Counted from the first letter of the whole stretch, positions 39,913-49,215 are shown. The stretch: 61,933 bases of DNA, filler included, from 3 parts of 3 records of this genome joined end to end with filler, not necessarily neighbours in it, one strand, 5' to 3'. The notes: generated by a model from the letters alone, not told the origin. Program-made: numbers and translations.

Positions 39913-39938
39913 GAATGTCTCCAGCCGCAGGCAGCCCC

Positions 39939-39976
39939 CCAGGGCAGTCTCGTTAAACCAGGGCAGTCTCGTTAAA
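39939..39976. repeat. 19-bp perfect tandem duplication
   Basis: CCAGGGCAGTCTCGTTAAA at 39939-39957 and 39958-39976. Confidence 0.95.
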
Positions 39977-40253
39977 TTTGAGGCAGATCTTCCTCGAGCA
40001 CACAGATAGACATGGCGTATGAAATTTCGCCTTCGTCATCATCGCGGTACACGACACCCAGAAATTCTTCGCCCAAAACAACCTCGACCGAGTCTTTCGC
40101 TTTAGGGCGACGGACCAGTTTGATCATGTTGTTATTAAATTTAGCCTGCAGGTATGCCTGCAAGCGCGCGATTTCATTTGGGCTCACTGTATGCTCCTTG
40201 TTCCGCATTGGTTTGCCTTGGTTTATCGAAGGCAGGCCGGGTATTGCAAGCAA
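39972..40253 (-). CDS. DUF3126 family protein (true start probably downstream of 40253)
   Basis: EIARLQAYL, DSVEV..GEEFLGVVYRDDDEGEISY, LEEDL match this small alphaproteobacterial family. Confidence 0.8.
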   Translation of the reverse strand: MLAIPGLPSINQGKPMRNKEHTVSPNEIARLQAYLQAKFNNNMIKLVRRPKAKDSVEVVLGEEFLGVVYRDDDEGEISYAMSICVLEEDLPQI

Positions 40254-40302
40254 AACCGGCCCAAAACTTCAGGTCAATATAATCCTAGTTGCATTTTTGC
40301 CC

Positions 40303-40317
40303 TTAAAGTCTTGTTAA
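40303..40317. promoter_or_regulatory. Putative CtrA-binding site
   Basis: TTAA-AGTCTTG-TTAA (TTAA-N7-TTAA) in an AT-rich divergent promoter, 51 bp upstream of the Hpt gene. Confidence 0.55.
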
Positions 40318-40368
40318 TCTGATATATTTATTAACAGTGTTTCCTGCAACGGTAACAGAAGAAGATTT

Positions 40369-40764
40369 ATGGCTGGCGAACAAGGTGACTATTCATACGC
40401 GGACGATCAGGAACTGGTCGATCAATTCATGACATGGACAATCGATGCCGTGAAAGAACTGCGTGAGATTACCACCGAGATGGAAGCGTCAGGCACGGAC
40501 CAGGGCAAAGCTGACCGTGTTTATGACATCAGCCATAATATCAAAGGCATGGGCTCGAGCTTCAATTTTGGGCTGATGACCACCGTGGGTACGTCCTTGT
40601 GCCGCTATATCAAAACCGCAGGTGAGAATGCCAGCGCGCGCGGCGTGGGTGCTCATGTCCGCATTTTCGAGGTGGTACTTGAGAACAAGATTACCGGCGA
40701 TGGCGGTGAAAAAGGCCAAGCACTCGTGAACCGGCTCGCCGAGATCGTTGCGGAAGAAAGTTAA
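40369..40764 (+). CDS. Stand-alone Hpt (histidine phosphotransfer) protein
   Basis: ISHNIKGMGSSFNF fits the H-x-x-K-G Hpt signature; all-helical 131 aa. Confidence 0.8.
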   Translation: MAGEQGDYSYADDQELVDQFMTWTIDAVKELREITTEMEASGTDQGKADRVYDISHNIKGMGSSFNFGLMTTVGTSLCRYIKTAGENASARGVGAHVRIFEVVLENKITGDGGEKGQALVNRLAEIVAEES

Positions 40765-40867
40765 GCTTTCCATTTGTTCCCTTTATGTTCTTTTTTCTTG
40801 CGCCCAAACTGAAGCTTTGAGATGCTTTCCTGTGATTCGCAAAGACGCCGATTGCAGGAGAAACCTC

Positions 40868-41365
40868 ATGACCAGCACAGAAGTTGTTACCCGCGGGGCG
40901 ACACGCCTGCTTCTGGAGCTTGGCTATGCTCCCATCACTGAAGTGCCGCTTACTAATGGGCGCCGGGCTGATATTGTATCGCTGGACCCAAAAGGGCACT
41001 GCATGATTGTGGAGGTGAAGTCGGGCCTTGCTGATTTCCGTAGTGACCACAAATGGCAGGAATATCTCGACTACGGCGAAGAGTTTTATTTCGCGGTTGA
41101 TCAGGACTTCCCGCTTGAGGTTCTGAATGAAGAGACAAGCCTGCCGGACATTACCGGTATTATGATAGCGGATGCTTATGGTGCAGAAATTCTTCGCCCC
41201 GCTGCCAACCGGCGCGTGAACGCGGCACGCAAAAAAACACTAACCCTCAAGATGGCACGGCTTGGCGGTATGCGCCTTGCGGAACAGGTGACGGGCGCAC
41301 CGGGTTTGACGCGCCCAGGTTCACCAGCCCCGAGTTCAACACCCCTGATCAGGGGCCTTCTTTAA
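40868..41365 (+). CDS. mmcB: MmcB family DNA repair protein (PD-(D/E)xK)
   Basis: EVPLTNGRRAD, IVEVKS, DFRSDHKW..Y, ADAYGAEILR; ATG 40868 preferred. Confidence 0.85.
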   Translation: MTSTEVVTRGATRLLLELGYAPITEVPLTNGRRADIVSLDPKGHCMIVEVKSGLADFRSDHKWQEYLDYGEEFYFAVDQDFPLEVLNEETSLPDITGIMIADAYGAEILRPAANRRVNAARKKTLTLKMARLGGMRLAEQVTGAPGLTRPGSPAPSSTPLIRGLL

Positions 41366-43403
41366 CGACCTGCGTATAACTCTGCCAACGGCTGCGGCCG
41401 TCCTTGTTTTCCAGGATATTCTGCAACGCGGCTACCGTGCGGCGCTCATAGCGCTTGCCTGCGTCTCCGTTCAGGATATCAAGCGCCTTGTCAAAGCCGA
41501 GCCCTTCACGGTGCGCGCGTGCGGACACCATGCCAACAAAAGCGTTGGCAACGCTAAGCACTCGGGCGCCGGGCTCGATAGCTTCGCCTTTTTTGCCGTC
41601 GGGTTCGCCTGAGCCGTCCCAGTTTTCGCGCATTTCACCAAGGATGGCCGCCACCGGCCCTTTGAAGTCGAGCCCCGCCACAAGGGTTGAGCCCTTTTGC
41701 ATGCTTTCACGCACAAGGGCGATCTCCTCATCCGTCAGCCCGCTCTGTTTGGTCAAAATCTCGGTTGGCACAAAAATCTTGCCAAGGTTCACCAGCTGGC
41801 CCGCGATACGCACGCTTTCACATGTGTCTGCGTCCCAGCCCATTTCTGCGGCGATGGCAGAGGCAACGTCCGCCACACGAACAGAGTGGTGTTTGCTCCA
41901 GGGGTCGCGCGCATCAATGATCTGGGTGAGGGTGCTGACAAGCTGTTTGAAAAGCGTTTCAGACTGTTCCTTCGCGCGCACCAGAGACGAGATATCCTGC
42001 ATCACCAGAAGGGCATTCGCCTTGTCCTGGCCAGCGCCTTCAAGCGGCAACAGCTGGGTTTGGAAAATGCGTTCAGCGTCGCCCACCGGCAAGGTGAGCT
42101 GCATCTCGGAGCTTTGGCCTTTGCTGACCGACTTAAGGCCGCTGCGAAGCTTGTCCGCCGTGTCGCTCTTGAAAGCAGTATCCAGCCGGCGATTGGTGAG
42201 GTCTGAAACGGATATATCCGTCACCTCGCCCAGCTTCTTGTTGGCAAAGCGCACGGTCAGGTCACTATCAAGCGCGGCGATTGCCGTAGGCTGGCTGTCG
42301 CTTACAGATTGAAGGAACCGGCTCAGGGCCTCATTCTGTTTGGAAAGCGCCGCTTGTTCCCGGTAGCTGGCCTGAAGGCGGATGGAAACACCGTGGCGCC
42401 ACACAAGGACAAGACCGGCGAGCACAAAAAGCGCCGCCAGCGACAGCGTGATAATCAGGCCGTTGCGCCGTTCGTTAATCTCGGACAATGCCTCCTGTGC
42501 GCTGATCGTGCGTACCAGAACCCAAGGCACCGGGGCCGAAAGCTCCCGACCTGTTACCAAAACTTTCGTCCCTGCATAATTGGGGCGCATACCAAAAGCA
42601 CCCGGCGCGGTGGCGGCAAATGCGGCCGCTGCATCCCGCCGGGCTTCGCCAACACGGCCACCTTCTGCAAGCGGCGTCAGGGGAGTTACAAGGTCATCCT
42701 GCCCGCGAACCACAACATAGGTTTCGCCTGTCTTGCTGGCGGCACCGGGTTGTTTGAGTGTGTTCAGGAAATCACTGTCCAAAGGTCGGGCGCCAATCAC
42801 CCAATTGATGGCCGCAGGGTCGCCCGCCATGCCTTCGGATGCCACAACAGGCGCACCAAAAATCACCAGTGGTGTTTTATCTTCAAGTTGTGGCCCAACG
42901 GCGATGAAAGATCCGCGCGCATCAGACGGCCATTCGCCGGGGCGCAGGATTGGCATGCCGCTGGTGGTCACCATGGCGCTGCCGTCACCGCGAAGGATGG
43001 CAAGGCCTGCGCGTTGTGGGCGTTTGATGTTGGCGGCCAACTGGTCAATGGCGGTTTTCTCTTGGAAACCTTCCCGTTCGGCTGCAGCGGAGAGAAGCGC
43101 GAACACATATCCGCGTTGGCCTTCGGCCGCTTCGGGCATGTCATCCATCCCGCCCGCGTAAAGCTGGATCGTGGCGTCGCTCGCCAACGCTTCCACGCTT
43201 GCGAGGTAGCGGTTCAACCAGGCAGAAACCTCGGTGGCGCGGCTGTCAGCGATAAGGTTGATCCTGTCCTGCCAGCGCATCATATCCTGTTCAGCTTCTG
43301 ATTCGGCGAATTTGAGAATCGCGAAAAAACCGAGTGCGGCGACAGCTAAAATGCCTGCCCCCGCTATCAGAATGGATTTGCTGCCGTTTTTTTTGCCTGC
43401 CAT
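41349..43403 (-). CDS. Membrane protein: TM-periplasmic (Cache-like)-TM-PAS-degenerate HD-GYP
   Basis: Two TM helices around a large periplasmic domain; PAS start QPTAIAALD..VRFAN; HD-GYP scaffold ARDPW..HSVRV, VNLGKI, ENWDGSGEP, ARVLSVANAF. Confidence 0.85.
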   Translation of the reverse strand: MAGKKNGSKSILIAGAGILAVAALGFFAILKFAESEAEQDMMRWQDRINLIADSRATEVSAWLNRYLASVEALASDATIQLYAGGMDDMPEAAEGQRGYVFALLSAAAEREGFQEKTAIDQLAANIKRPQRAGLAILRGDGSAMVTTSGMPILRPGEWPSDARGSFIAVGPQLEDKTPLVIFGAPVVASEGMAGDPAAINWVIGARPLDSDFLNTLKQPGAASKTGETYVVVRGQDDLVTPLTPLAEGGRVGEARRDAAAAFAATAPGAFGMRPNYAGTKVLVTGRELSAPVPWVLVRTISAQEALSEINERRNGLIITLSLAALFVLAGLVLVWRHGVSIRLQASYREQAALSKQNEALSRFLQSVSDSQPTAIAALDSDLTVRFANKKLGEVTDISVSDLTNRRLDTAFKSDTADKLRSGLKSVSKGQSSEMQLTLPVGDAERIFQTQLLPLEGAGQDKANALLVMQDISSLVRAKEQSETLFKQLVSTLTQIIDARDPWSKHHSVRVADVASAIAAEMGWDADTCESVRIAGQLVNLGKIFVPTEILTKQSGLTDEEIALVRESMQKGSTLVAGLDFKGPVAAILGEMRENWDGSGEPDGKKGEAIEPGARVLSVANAFVGMVSARAHREGLGFDKALDILNGDAGKRYERRTVAALQNILENKDGRSRWQSYTQVVKEGP

Positions 43404-43558
43404 AAGTTGCCCCCTGTGGCCGGAAGACCCGGTCCTTTTCCCTGCATCACCTCGGACAATAGTCTAGCCCGGTAAGGAAGTGACTTGGAACATCAAAATC
43501 ATCACACTATGTTTAAACGCTCTGCCTTCGGGCACAAACAATTTTGGTACGGGATTAT

Positions 43559-44242
43559 ATGTCAGGCTTGCTGCGCTCGCTTACAATCTGTGTAGTTTTG
43601 CTGCTTTTTGTCGCTGAGCCACAGGCGTGGGCGCAGGTCCGCATGGGAGGCTTGTTTGGCAGCATGGAACTGCGGTCCACCAATATGACCAAGTTTGCCA
43701 AATGGACCGAGATGTGGCAGCGCCACAACAAACCAAAAACATTGCCTGAAGCGCCCACAGGAAGCGCCGCAGAACGTTGCAGAGGGGCGGGGCGTGTGGT
43801 TTGCAGTCGCGAAGCGTGGGATGTTTTTGTTGGCGAACAGCAGGAAACGCCGGCCCGTGAACAGTTGGATGCTGTGAATGCCTATATGAACCGGGCGGCC
43901 TATATCGTTGACCCGGTGAACTGGGGCATTCCGGACTATTGGGCAACGCCCGACGAGTTCTTCCTTAAGGACGGAGACTGTGAAGATTACGCCATCAGCA
44001 AATATATCACCCTTAAGCGTCTGGGCGTCGATCCGGAAAGCATGCGCCTTGTTATCCTGCAGGATGAAAACCTGCATGTAGCGCACGCGGTACTTGCGGT
44101 CGAACTGGAGGATGTAACCTATATCCTTGATAACCAGATCGATAGCGTCTTGCCCGACACCCAGATTTTGCATTACAGACCAGTTTATTCGATCAATGAA
44201 AGCGCGTGGTGGTTGCATCGGGTTAAGAAGTTTTCAGGGTAA
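43559..44242 (+). CDS. Transglutaminase-like cysteine protease (BTLCP, LapG-like)
   Basis: Signal peptide ending AWA; DYWATPDEF, GDCEDYAISKY, HAVLAV, YILDN give the Cys-His-Asp triad; PVYSINE. Confidence 0.92.
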   Translation: MSGLLRSLTICVVLLLFVAEPQAWAQVRMGGLFGSMELRSTNMTKFAKWTEMWQRHNKPKTLPEAPTGSAAERCRGAGRVVCSREAWDVFVGEQQETPAREQLDAVNAYMNRAAYIVDPVNWGIPDYWATPDEFFLKDGDCEDYAISKYITLKRLGVDPESMRLVILQDENLHVAHAVLAVELEDVTYILDNQIDSVLPDTQILHYRPVYSINESAWWLHRVKKFSG

Positions 44243-44309
44243 ATTAACTTAATTTATCTTATCATCCGCGACAGCAGACACCGTAGGGCAAGGCTGGATT
44301 AATATCTAC

Positions 44310-45641
44310 GTGAGCAAAGACCTGACATCGCTCGACCGCATGGTTGACTATGTAAAGCAGTTGCGGCGCCACGCCGAAGGGCGACGCGCGGTTCATATTC
44401 GCCTGTCTGCGCTTGAACGCTATTTCCGTGAGGAACATTACCGCTTGTTTGCAGCCGCCGCCCTCAGGGGGGTGATCACGCGTTTTGGGGCAACCATGTT
44501 TGCACTTCCCAACGCCGATCTGGTGCTGATCACAAAAGACGCGAGCGTGCATGACATTGACCCCTCTCTGAACGCCATTCGTCGCAAGTTGAAAGATTCC
44601 TCGCTTATCGCATCCCTCGACCCGGTTCAGGGGGTGAGCGACGAGTTTGTCGTCTGGTTTGACCTTGAAGCTGACTATGAAGAGTTCAAGAATTACGCCG
44701 AGCAATTGAGCGATTTGTTGCGGCTTGGCGAAACGGCACCTGAGCAGATGGGCGAAAACAGTGAGCTGACGCTCAAGAAAGTTGGTAGCAAAAAGGGCCC
44801 GAAAGGCTTGATCAAGCCGCCGGAAGATGACAGCCCGCCTATGGCGTATCAGCCCAGCCATGTGCGCATGATGCCGGTGATACCGCCTGCGAAGGAAGAA
44901 GTTACCGATCGAGACCTGGATCCGGAACTTTTGCTGACCCTGACAAAAGCGCTGCAGGGCGCGGATGTTGCGGGTCTGCTGCGCAAACAGTTCGTGAAGG
45001 CCATTTTGGGCAGCTCACCACCAATGCCTGTGCTGGAACACAAGTTTGTGCCGCGTAAGCTTGTCTATGAAACCTTGCTTGAGGGCCGAGTGCTGGCGGA
45101 AAACCGCTGGCTGTCCGGCTATATGGATGATCTTGTTGCGCGGCAGGTTCTGGCGTCCACACCCGGTATGACCAATGAAGCCTCGCTCGCATCCAGCATC
45201 AAGGTTACCAGCGCCGCGGTATTGTCTCCAGCTTTTGAGATATTCGAGAAGTCACTCGGCACACAGCGGCGTTCCAAAGTGGTGATCGAGTTTAGCGCGG
45301 TTGATGTCATTGCAAACCCTGTGGCCTACCAAGCGGCCATCGCCATGTTGCTTGGGGCCGGGTATCGGCTCTCAATAGGGGATTTGCACCCGCTTGCGTT
45401 TCTTGCCATTGATATCGAGCCCATGCAGGCCGCTTTTGTGAAAATCGCGCTGCCGCCCGGTAACAAGGTTGATTGGCTGAATAATAAAACCGAGACAGCA
45501 ATTCAGAACAAAATCGACCGCGTCGGCAAGGCGCGGGTGATTCTTGATGGATGTGCGGAGCCGACGGATATCGACCTTGGCCATCTTTTGGGGATCACGC
45601 TGTTCCAGGGGCAGGCCGTAGACCCGATGATCTCCGCCTAA
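44310..45641 (+). CDS. Cytoplasmic protein with degenerate EAL-like C-terminal domain
   Basis: VVIEFS, GYRLSIGDL, FVKI, VILDGC, LGITLFQG follow EAL motif order but lack EAL, DDFG and EGVE. Confidence 0.65.
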   Translation: MSKDLTSLDRMVDYVKQLRRHAEGRRAVHIRLSALERYFREEHYRLFAAAALRGVITRFGATMFALPNADLVLITKDASVHDIDPSLNAIRRKLKDSSLIASLDPVQGVSDEFVVWFDLEADYEEFKNYAEQLSDLLRLGETAPEQMGENSELTLKKVGSKKGPKGLIKPPEDDSPPMAYQPSHVRMMPVIPPAKEEVTDRDLDPELLLTLTKALQGADVAGLLRKQFVKAILGSSPPMPVLEHKFVPRKLVYETLLEGRVLAENRWLSGYMDDLVARQVLASTPGMTNEASLASSIKVTSAAVLSPAFEIFEKSLGTQRRSKVVIEFSAVDVIANPVAYQAAIAMLLGAGYRLSIGDLHPLAFLAIDIEPMQAAFVKIALPPGNKVDWLNNKTETAIQNKIDRVGKARVILDGCAEPTDIDLGHLLGITLFQGQAVDPMISA

Positions 45642-45645
45642 CCGC

Positions 45646-46194
45646 TTACTGGGGGGACCGTTTTGCCAAGATGCGCTGCAACGTGCGCCGGTGCATGTTG
45701 AGCCGCCGCGCGGTCTCAGACACGTTCCTGTCGCACATCTCATACACACGCTGAATATGCTCCCATTTCACCCGATCTGCCGACATGGGGTTTTCTGGCA
45801 CTGGTGGTGTTTGACCTTCTGGCGTCAGGAGTGCAGCGGCAATCTGGTCAGGGTCCGCCGGTTTGGCGAGGAAGTCCACTGCACCAGCCTTTACCGCCGC
45901 GACAGCGCTCGCGAGATTGCCGTATCCGGTGAGGATAATGACCCGCATATCAGGGCGAATTTGGCGAAGCGACGGTACAAGGTCGAGGCCGTTGCCGTCC
46001 TCAAGTTTCATATCCACCACGGCATACCGTGGCCGGTGTTGAGACGCGAGGATAGCACCTTCCTCAATGCCTTCTGCGGCATAAACCTTAAAGCCTCGAC
46101 GCTCCATCGAGACAGTAAGCCGTGTGCGGAACGCTTTGTCATCCTCAACAATCAGCAGGCTTTTTTCGGTATGATCGGTGTGTGTATCGTTCAT
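45646..46194 (-). CDS. regA: RegA/PrrA/ActR response regulator
   Basis: LLIVEDD, VVDMKL, LTGYGN, PMSADRVKWEHIQRVYEMCDRNVSETARRLNMHRRTLQRIL. Confidence 0.96.
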   Translation of the reverse strand: MNDTHTDHTEKSLLIVEDDKAFRTRLTVSMERRGFKVYAAEGIEEGAILASQHRPRYAVVDMKLEDGNGLDLVPSLRQIRPDMRVIILTGYGNLASAVAAVKAGAVDFLAKPADPDQIAAALLTPEGQTPPVPENPMSADRVKWEHIQRVYEMCDRNVSETARRLNMHRRTLQRILAKRSPQ

Positions 46195-47528
46195 GCTTTT
46201 TTATCCTGTCGTGGTTCTTGCGGTGCAAACTCTAGCCGTCGCCTGGGCCATTCTATCAGAATTTCTGCACCGCCGGCGCTACCCATGCCAAATTCTACTG
46301 TGGCGCCTGTGCGTTCAAGCAGTGTTTTGGCAATGAAAAGCCCAAGGCCCAGCCCGCCGTCCCGTCCCGGTGTGGGGTGGCGCGTGGTGACATAGGGCTC
46401 ACCAAGGCGGCGAATGATCTGCGGGTCGAAGCCGGGCCCATCATCGACGATGGTGATGGAAACTGTATCCTCATCCCATCCTGCGCTGACCTGAACGAGG
46501 GACGTTGCGTAGCCGACTGCATTTTCAACGATATTGCGTATGGCATGAATAAACTCAGGCGAACGTCCCACTCTCAGCGCACCAATGCCGTCAGCTACAA
46601 ATTTGATTTTGATGCCGCGTTCTTCGTGCGGTGCGGCTGCTTCTCGCAAAAGGGCTTCAAGCTCGATATGGGTGAAATGCTCAGCGGAGCCTGCCTGCCG
46701 GTGCTCACGCAATTGCGAGAGGATATCGCGGCAACGACTGGTTTCCTGTACGATCAGCTCGAGGTCAGCTTTGGTATCACCATCGCCTTCCCATGTTTCC
46801 AACAATTCCTTGGAGGCGAGCAGGATGGTGCCAAGCGGGGTGCCAAGTTCGTGCGCGGCAGCGGCCGCCAATGTGCCAAGCGCCGCAAGCCGCTGTTCGT
46901 GCTCAAGCGCTGCCTGTGTGGCCGCCAGCGCCCGCGCCCGGTGGCGCCCTTCGCGCCCGACCCGCGCCATATAAAGCGCGAGGAACACAAGCGTAAAACA
47001 CAGCGCGATCCAAAGCCCTGCGAGTAGAAGCGGGTCAATGCGCGGCGGGGTGCCGTCCCACGGTAGCGGGAAGGGCGTGAACGCCAGCGCGGTTACCAGT
47101 AGGAGCGAAAGCATGATCAGATATTTGGTGCTGCGCCGCCCGAGAATGGACGCCGACACGCTGGTGGGAGATATCATCAGCAGCGCAAAAGGGTTTGCGA
47201 GCCCACCGGTCACAAATAGAAGCGCCGCGAGGTGGACGAGGTCAAATGCCAAATGGGCGGCAGATTGCCGGTCATTCAGCCGGGTGTTTTTGTCCGCCCG
47301 GAAGGAAAACCACATGTTGATCAGCGCAGACACAAGCACAATAGGCAACGTGAAGTGCAGGAGCAGGTCAAACCGCAGCACACCGCCAACCACGATCAGC
47401 GCGAGAAGTTGGCCCGCGATACCCATCCAGCGAATCATCACAAGCGTGCCAAGCCGCACGCCGCCGCCATGGGGCATATCGAGATCAAACAGGATCAGGT
47501 CTTCATTGTCTTTTTTGTTTTGTGGCAC
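46191..47528 (-). CDS. regB: RegB/PrrB/ActS redox sensor kinase
   Basis: GGLANPF quinone-site motif, AAAAHELGTPL H-box, RCRDIL Cys, DDGPGF, GLGLGLFI. Confidence 0.95.
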   Translation of the reverse strand: MPQNKKDNEDLILFDLDMPHGGGVRLGTLVMIRWMGIAGQLLALIVVGGVLRFDLLLHFTLPIVLVSALINMWFSFRADKNTRLNDRQSAAHLAFDLVHLAALLFVTGGLANPFALLMISPTSVSASILGRRSTKYLIMLSLLLVTALAFTPFPLPWDGTPPRIDPLLLAGLWIALCFTLVFLALYMARVGREGRHRARALAATQAALEHEQRLAALGTLAAAAAHELGTPLGTILLASKELLETWEGDGDTKADLELIVQETSRCRDILSQLREHRQAGSAEHFTHIELEALLREAAAPHEERGIKIKFVADGIGALRVGRSPEFIHAIRNIVENAVGYATSLVQVSAGWDEDTVSITIVDDGPGFDPQIIRRLGEPYVTTRHPTPGRDGGLGLGLFIAKTLLERTGATVEFGMGSAGGAEILIEWPRRRLEFAPQEPRQDKKA

Positions 47529-47537
47529 CCGAATGTC

Positions 47538-48512
47538 CTAGTTTTTGGCCAGAAGAATCAACATCGCCATCATAATCATAACAAGCGCCATCCACGCGCC
47601 AGACGCTAAAAGAAACATGGCGGTCTGGCGGGTGTCGCTGCTTTCAAGCCGGGCGCGTCCATCCTTGGGGCCGAGCCAGCGTTTGGCTTTCCCCGACCCG
47701 CTTCCATCAAAACGAAAAGCGTAGCCAAGGCCATATGCCACAATTGAAAGCGGAATTATCCGCGACAAAATGCCACGAAGTCCGCCATGCCTAGTGCTTT
47801 CAGCAATGGGGCCGCGCGCTGCCCCCAATTTTGTGCCGGGCACCAGTATGGGTGCGAGTGAAAAACAAAGGCTCATTAAAAGCGCGCCGGGCAGGGCCAT
47901 CAGGTCATAGAGCAGGATAAAAGGACGAGTGAAAGGTGCCTTGGGCCAGGCGGCGCTGGTGGGGTTAATACCGTCAAGGGCTACGCAGCACAGACGAAAC
48001 GGTAGCATCAGTGCAAAACCACCGAGTGTGAACAACACCATGTTCGCGCCCCAGTCGCGCGTGATATTGAGCACCAGCTGCGCATTTCCTGTACGAAGGG
48101 CCGCATGCATACCTGCATTTTGTTTTTGAGCGGTGGCAACCGTTTCTTCCCACATGCCGCGCAGGTTGATGGACCGCGCGATGAAGAGGGCGGCAACGGG
48201 TGGGCCAAAAGGTTCCATCACCATGAAGGTGTTGAGAAGAGCGCCCGCGTATACAGCGATGGGAAACAGCACGACAAGGGTCAGTAAACCACGCAACTTC
48301 AAGGCACCCGGGCTTCGGTTTGCCCGGTCGAGCCGTTTTTTGAAGAAAGAAAAGGGCAGGTTAATCAGGGTGTCGGTGCTGGGCAGGCGGCCAAGAATTT
48401 TCTTGCCACCCAGCACCAGTTCAACGAGAAGGCCGAGGCTGAATAATAACAGCCAATCGGCATCAGCAGTTAAGAATGTGCCAACCAGCTCGTTAATAGG
48501 TCGCCCCCGCAT
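47538..48512 (-). CDS. Membrane protein, distantly CobD/CbiB-like
   Basis: Multi-TM 324 aa; RLDRANRS..LKLRG segment and layout reminiscent of CobD/CbiB; co-oriented with regBA. Confidence 0.45.
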   Translation of the reverse strand: MRGRPINELVGTFLTADADWLLLFSLGLLVELVLGGKKILGRLPSTDTLINLPFSFFKKRLDRANRSPGALKLRGLLTLVVLFPIAVYAGALLNTFMVMEPFGPPVAALFIARSINLRGMWEETVATAQKQNAGMHAALRTGNAQLVLNITRDWGANMVLFTLGGFALMLPFRLCCVALDGINPTSAAWPKAPFTRPFILLYDLMALPGALLMSLCFSLAPILVPGTKLGAARGPIAESTRHGGLRGILSRIIPLSIVAYGLGYAFRFDGSGSGKAKRWLGPKDGRARLESSDTRQTAMFLLASGAWMALVMIMMAMLILLAKN

Positions 48513-49080
48513 CCTCTAGCGCCCGCACCATGCGGCGGTTCCGGTTCAACTTAGCATACTCGAGCGCGGTTTTGCCGGTAAGGTCCTGCACGTTGGGGTC
48601 GGCACCTGCATCCAGCAGTACTTCAACAGCCTTAAATTTGCGGCTGCGCACTGCCTTAATAAGCGGCGTTTCCTGCGCAATATCAGCCCGGTTCGGGTCG
48701 GCCTTGTAGCTCAAAAGCAACTGGATCATGGCGGTGTCACCGGCCACGGCGCGTTTCATCAGGGCTGTTTCACCGCGGTTGCGGTCCGCGAGGTCAGGAT
48801 TGGCGCGATAATCAAGTAACAGCTTCATCATCGCCATATTGCCCTTCTCGGCGGCGATCAGAATCGCGGGAATACTGTCGCTGCGGCGGCGGGTGTCAGG
48901 GGAGGTTCCTTTTGAAAGCAGATCAGTCGCTTTATTGATGTCGTCCTCCTCAACCGCTTTAAGCAGGTCATACTGCGGGTTGATTGCCATCGACGGTGCG
49001 GTCACAGCGGTGACCCCCATAAGAAGGCAGACAAGCATCAGGGCGCGTTTGATCGCAAACATTAAGAACTCCATTTTCAA
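48493..49080 (-). CDS. Exported ankyrin repeat protein
   Basis: Signal peptide; repeats GETALMKRA, QETPLIKAV, GKTALEYA with LL..ADPN linkers. Confidence 0.9.
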   Translation of the reverse strand: MKMEFLMFAIKRALMLVCLLMGVTAVTAPSMAINPQYDLLKAVEEDDINKATDLLSKGTSPDTRRRSDSIPAILIAAEKGNMAMMKLLLDYRANPDLADRNRGETALMKRAVAGDTAMIQLLLSYKADPNRADIAQETPLIKAVRSRKFKAVEVLLDAGADPNVQDLTGKTALEYAKLNRNRRMVRALEDAGATY

Positions 49081-49215
49081 TTATTTGTCATCACGTTGGG
49101 CGATATGCCGCATGTAAGGTGACATCTGGCCTTCATATTTCTATAACAACTCCACGATCACAAGGGTAAAGGGAGAAGTTTCTCCCCAACAGCGATCAAT
49201 TTATGGAGATGTGGC

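Noticed and set aside
41455-43301. Long antisense ORFs (285 aa, 330 aa) and many similar ones across 33327-61933
   Set aside because: Expected shadow ORFs in GC-rich DNA opposite well-supported genes; no motifs
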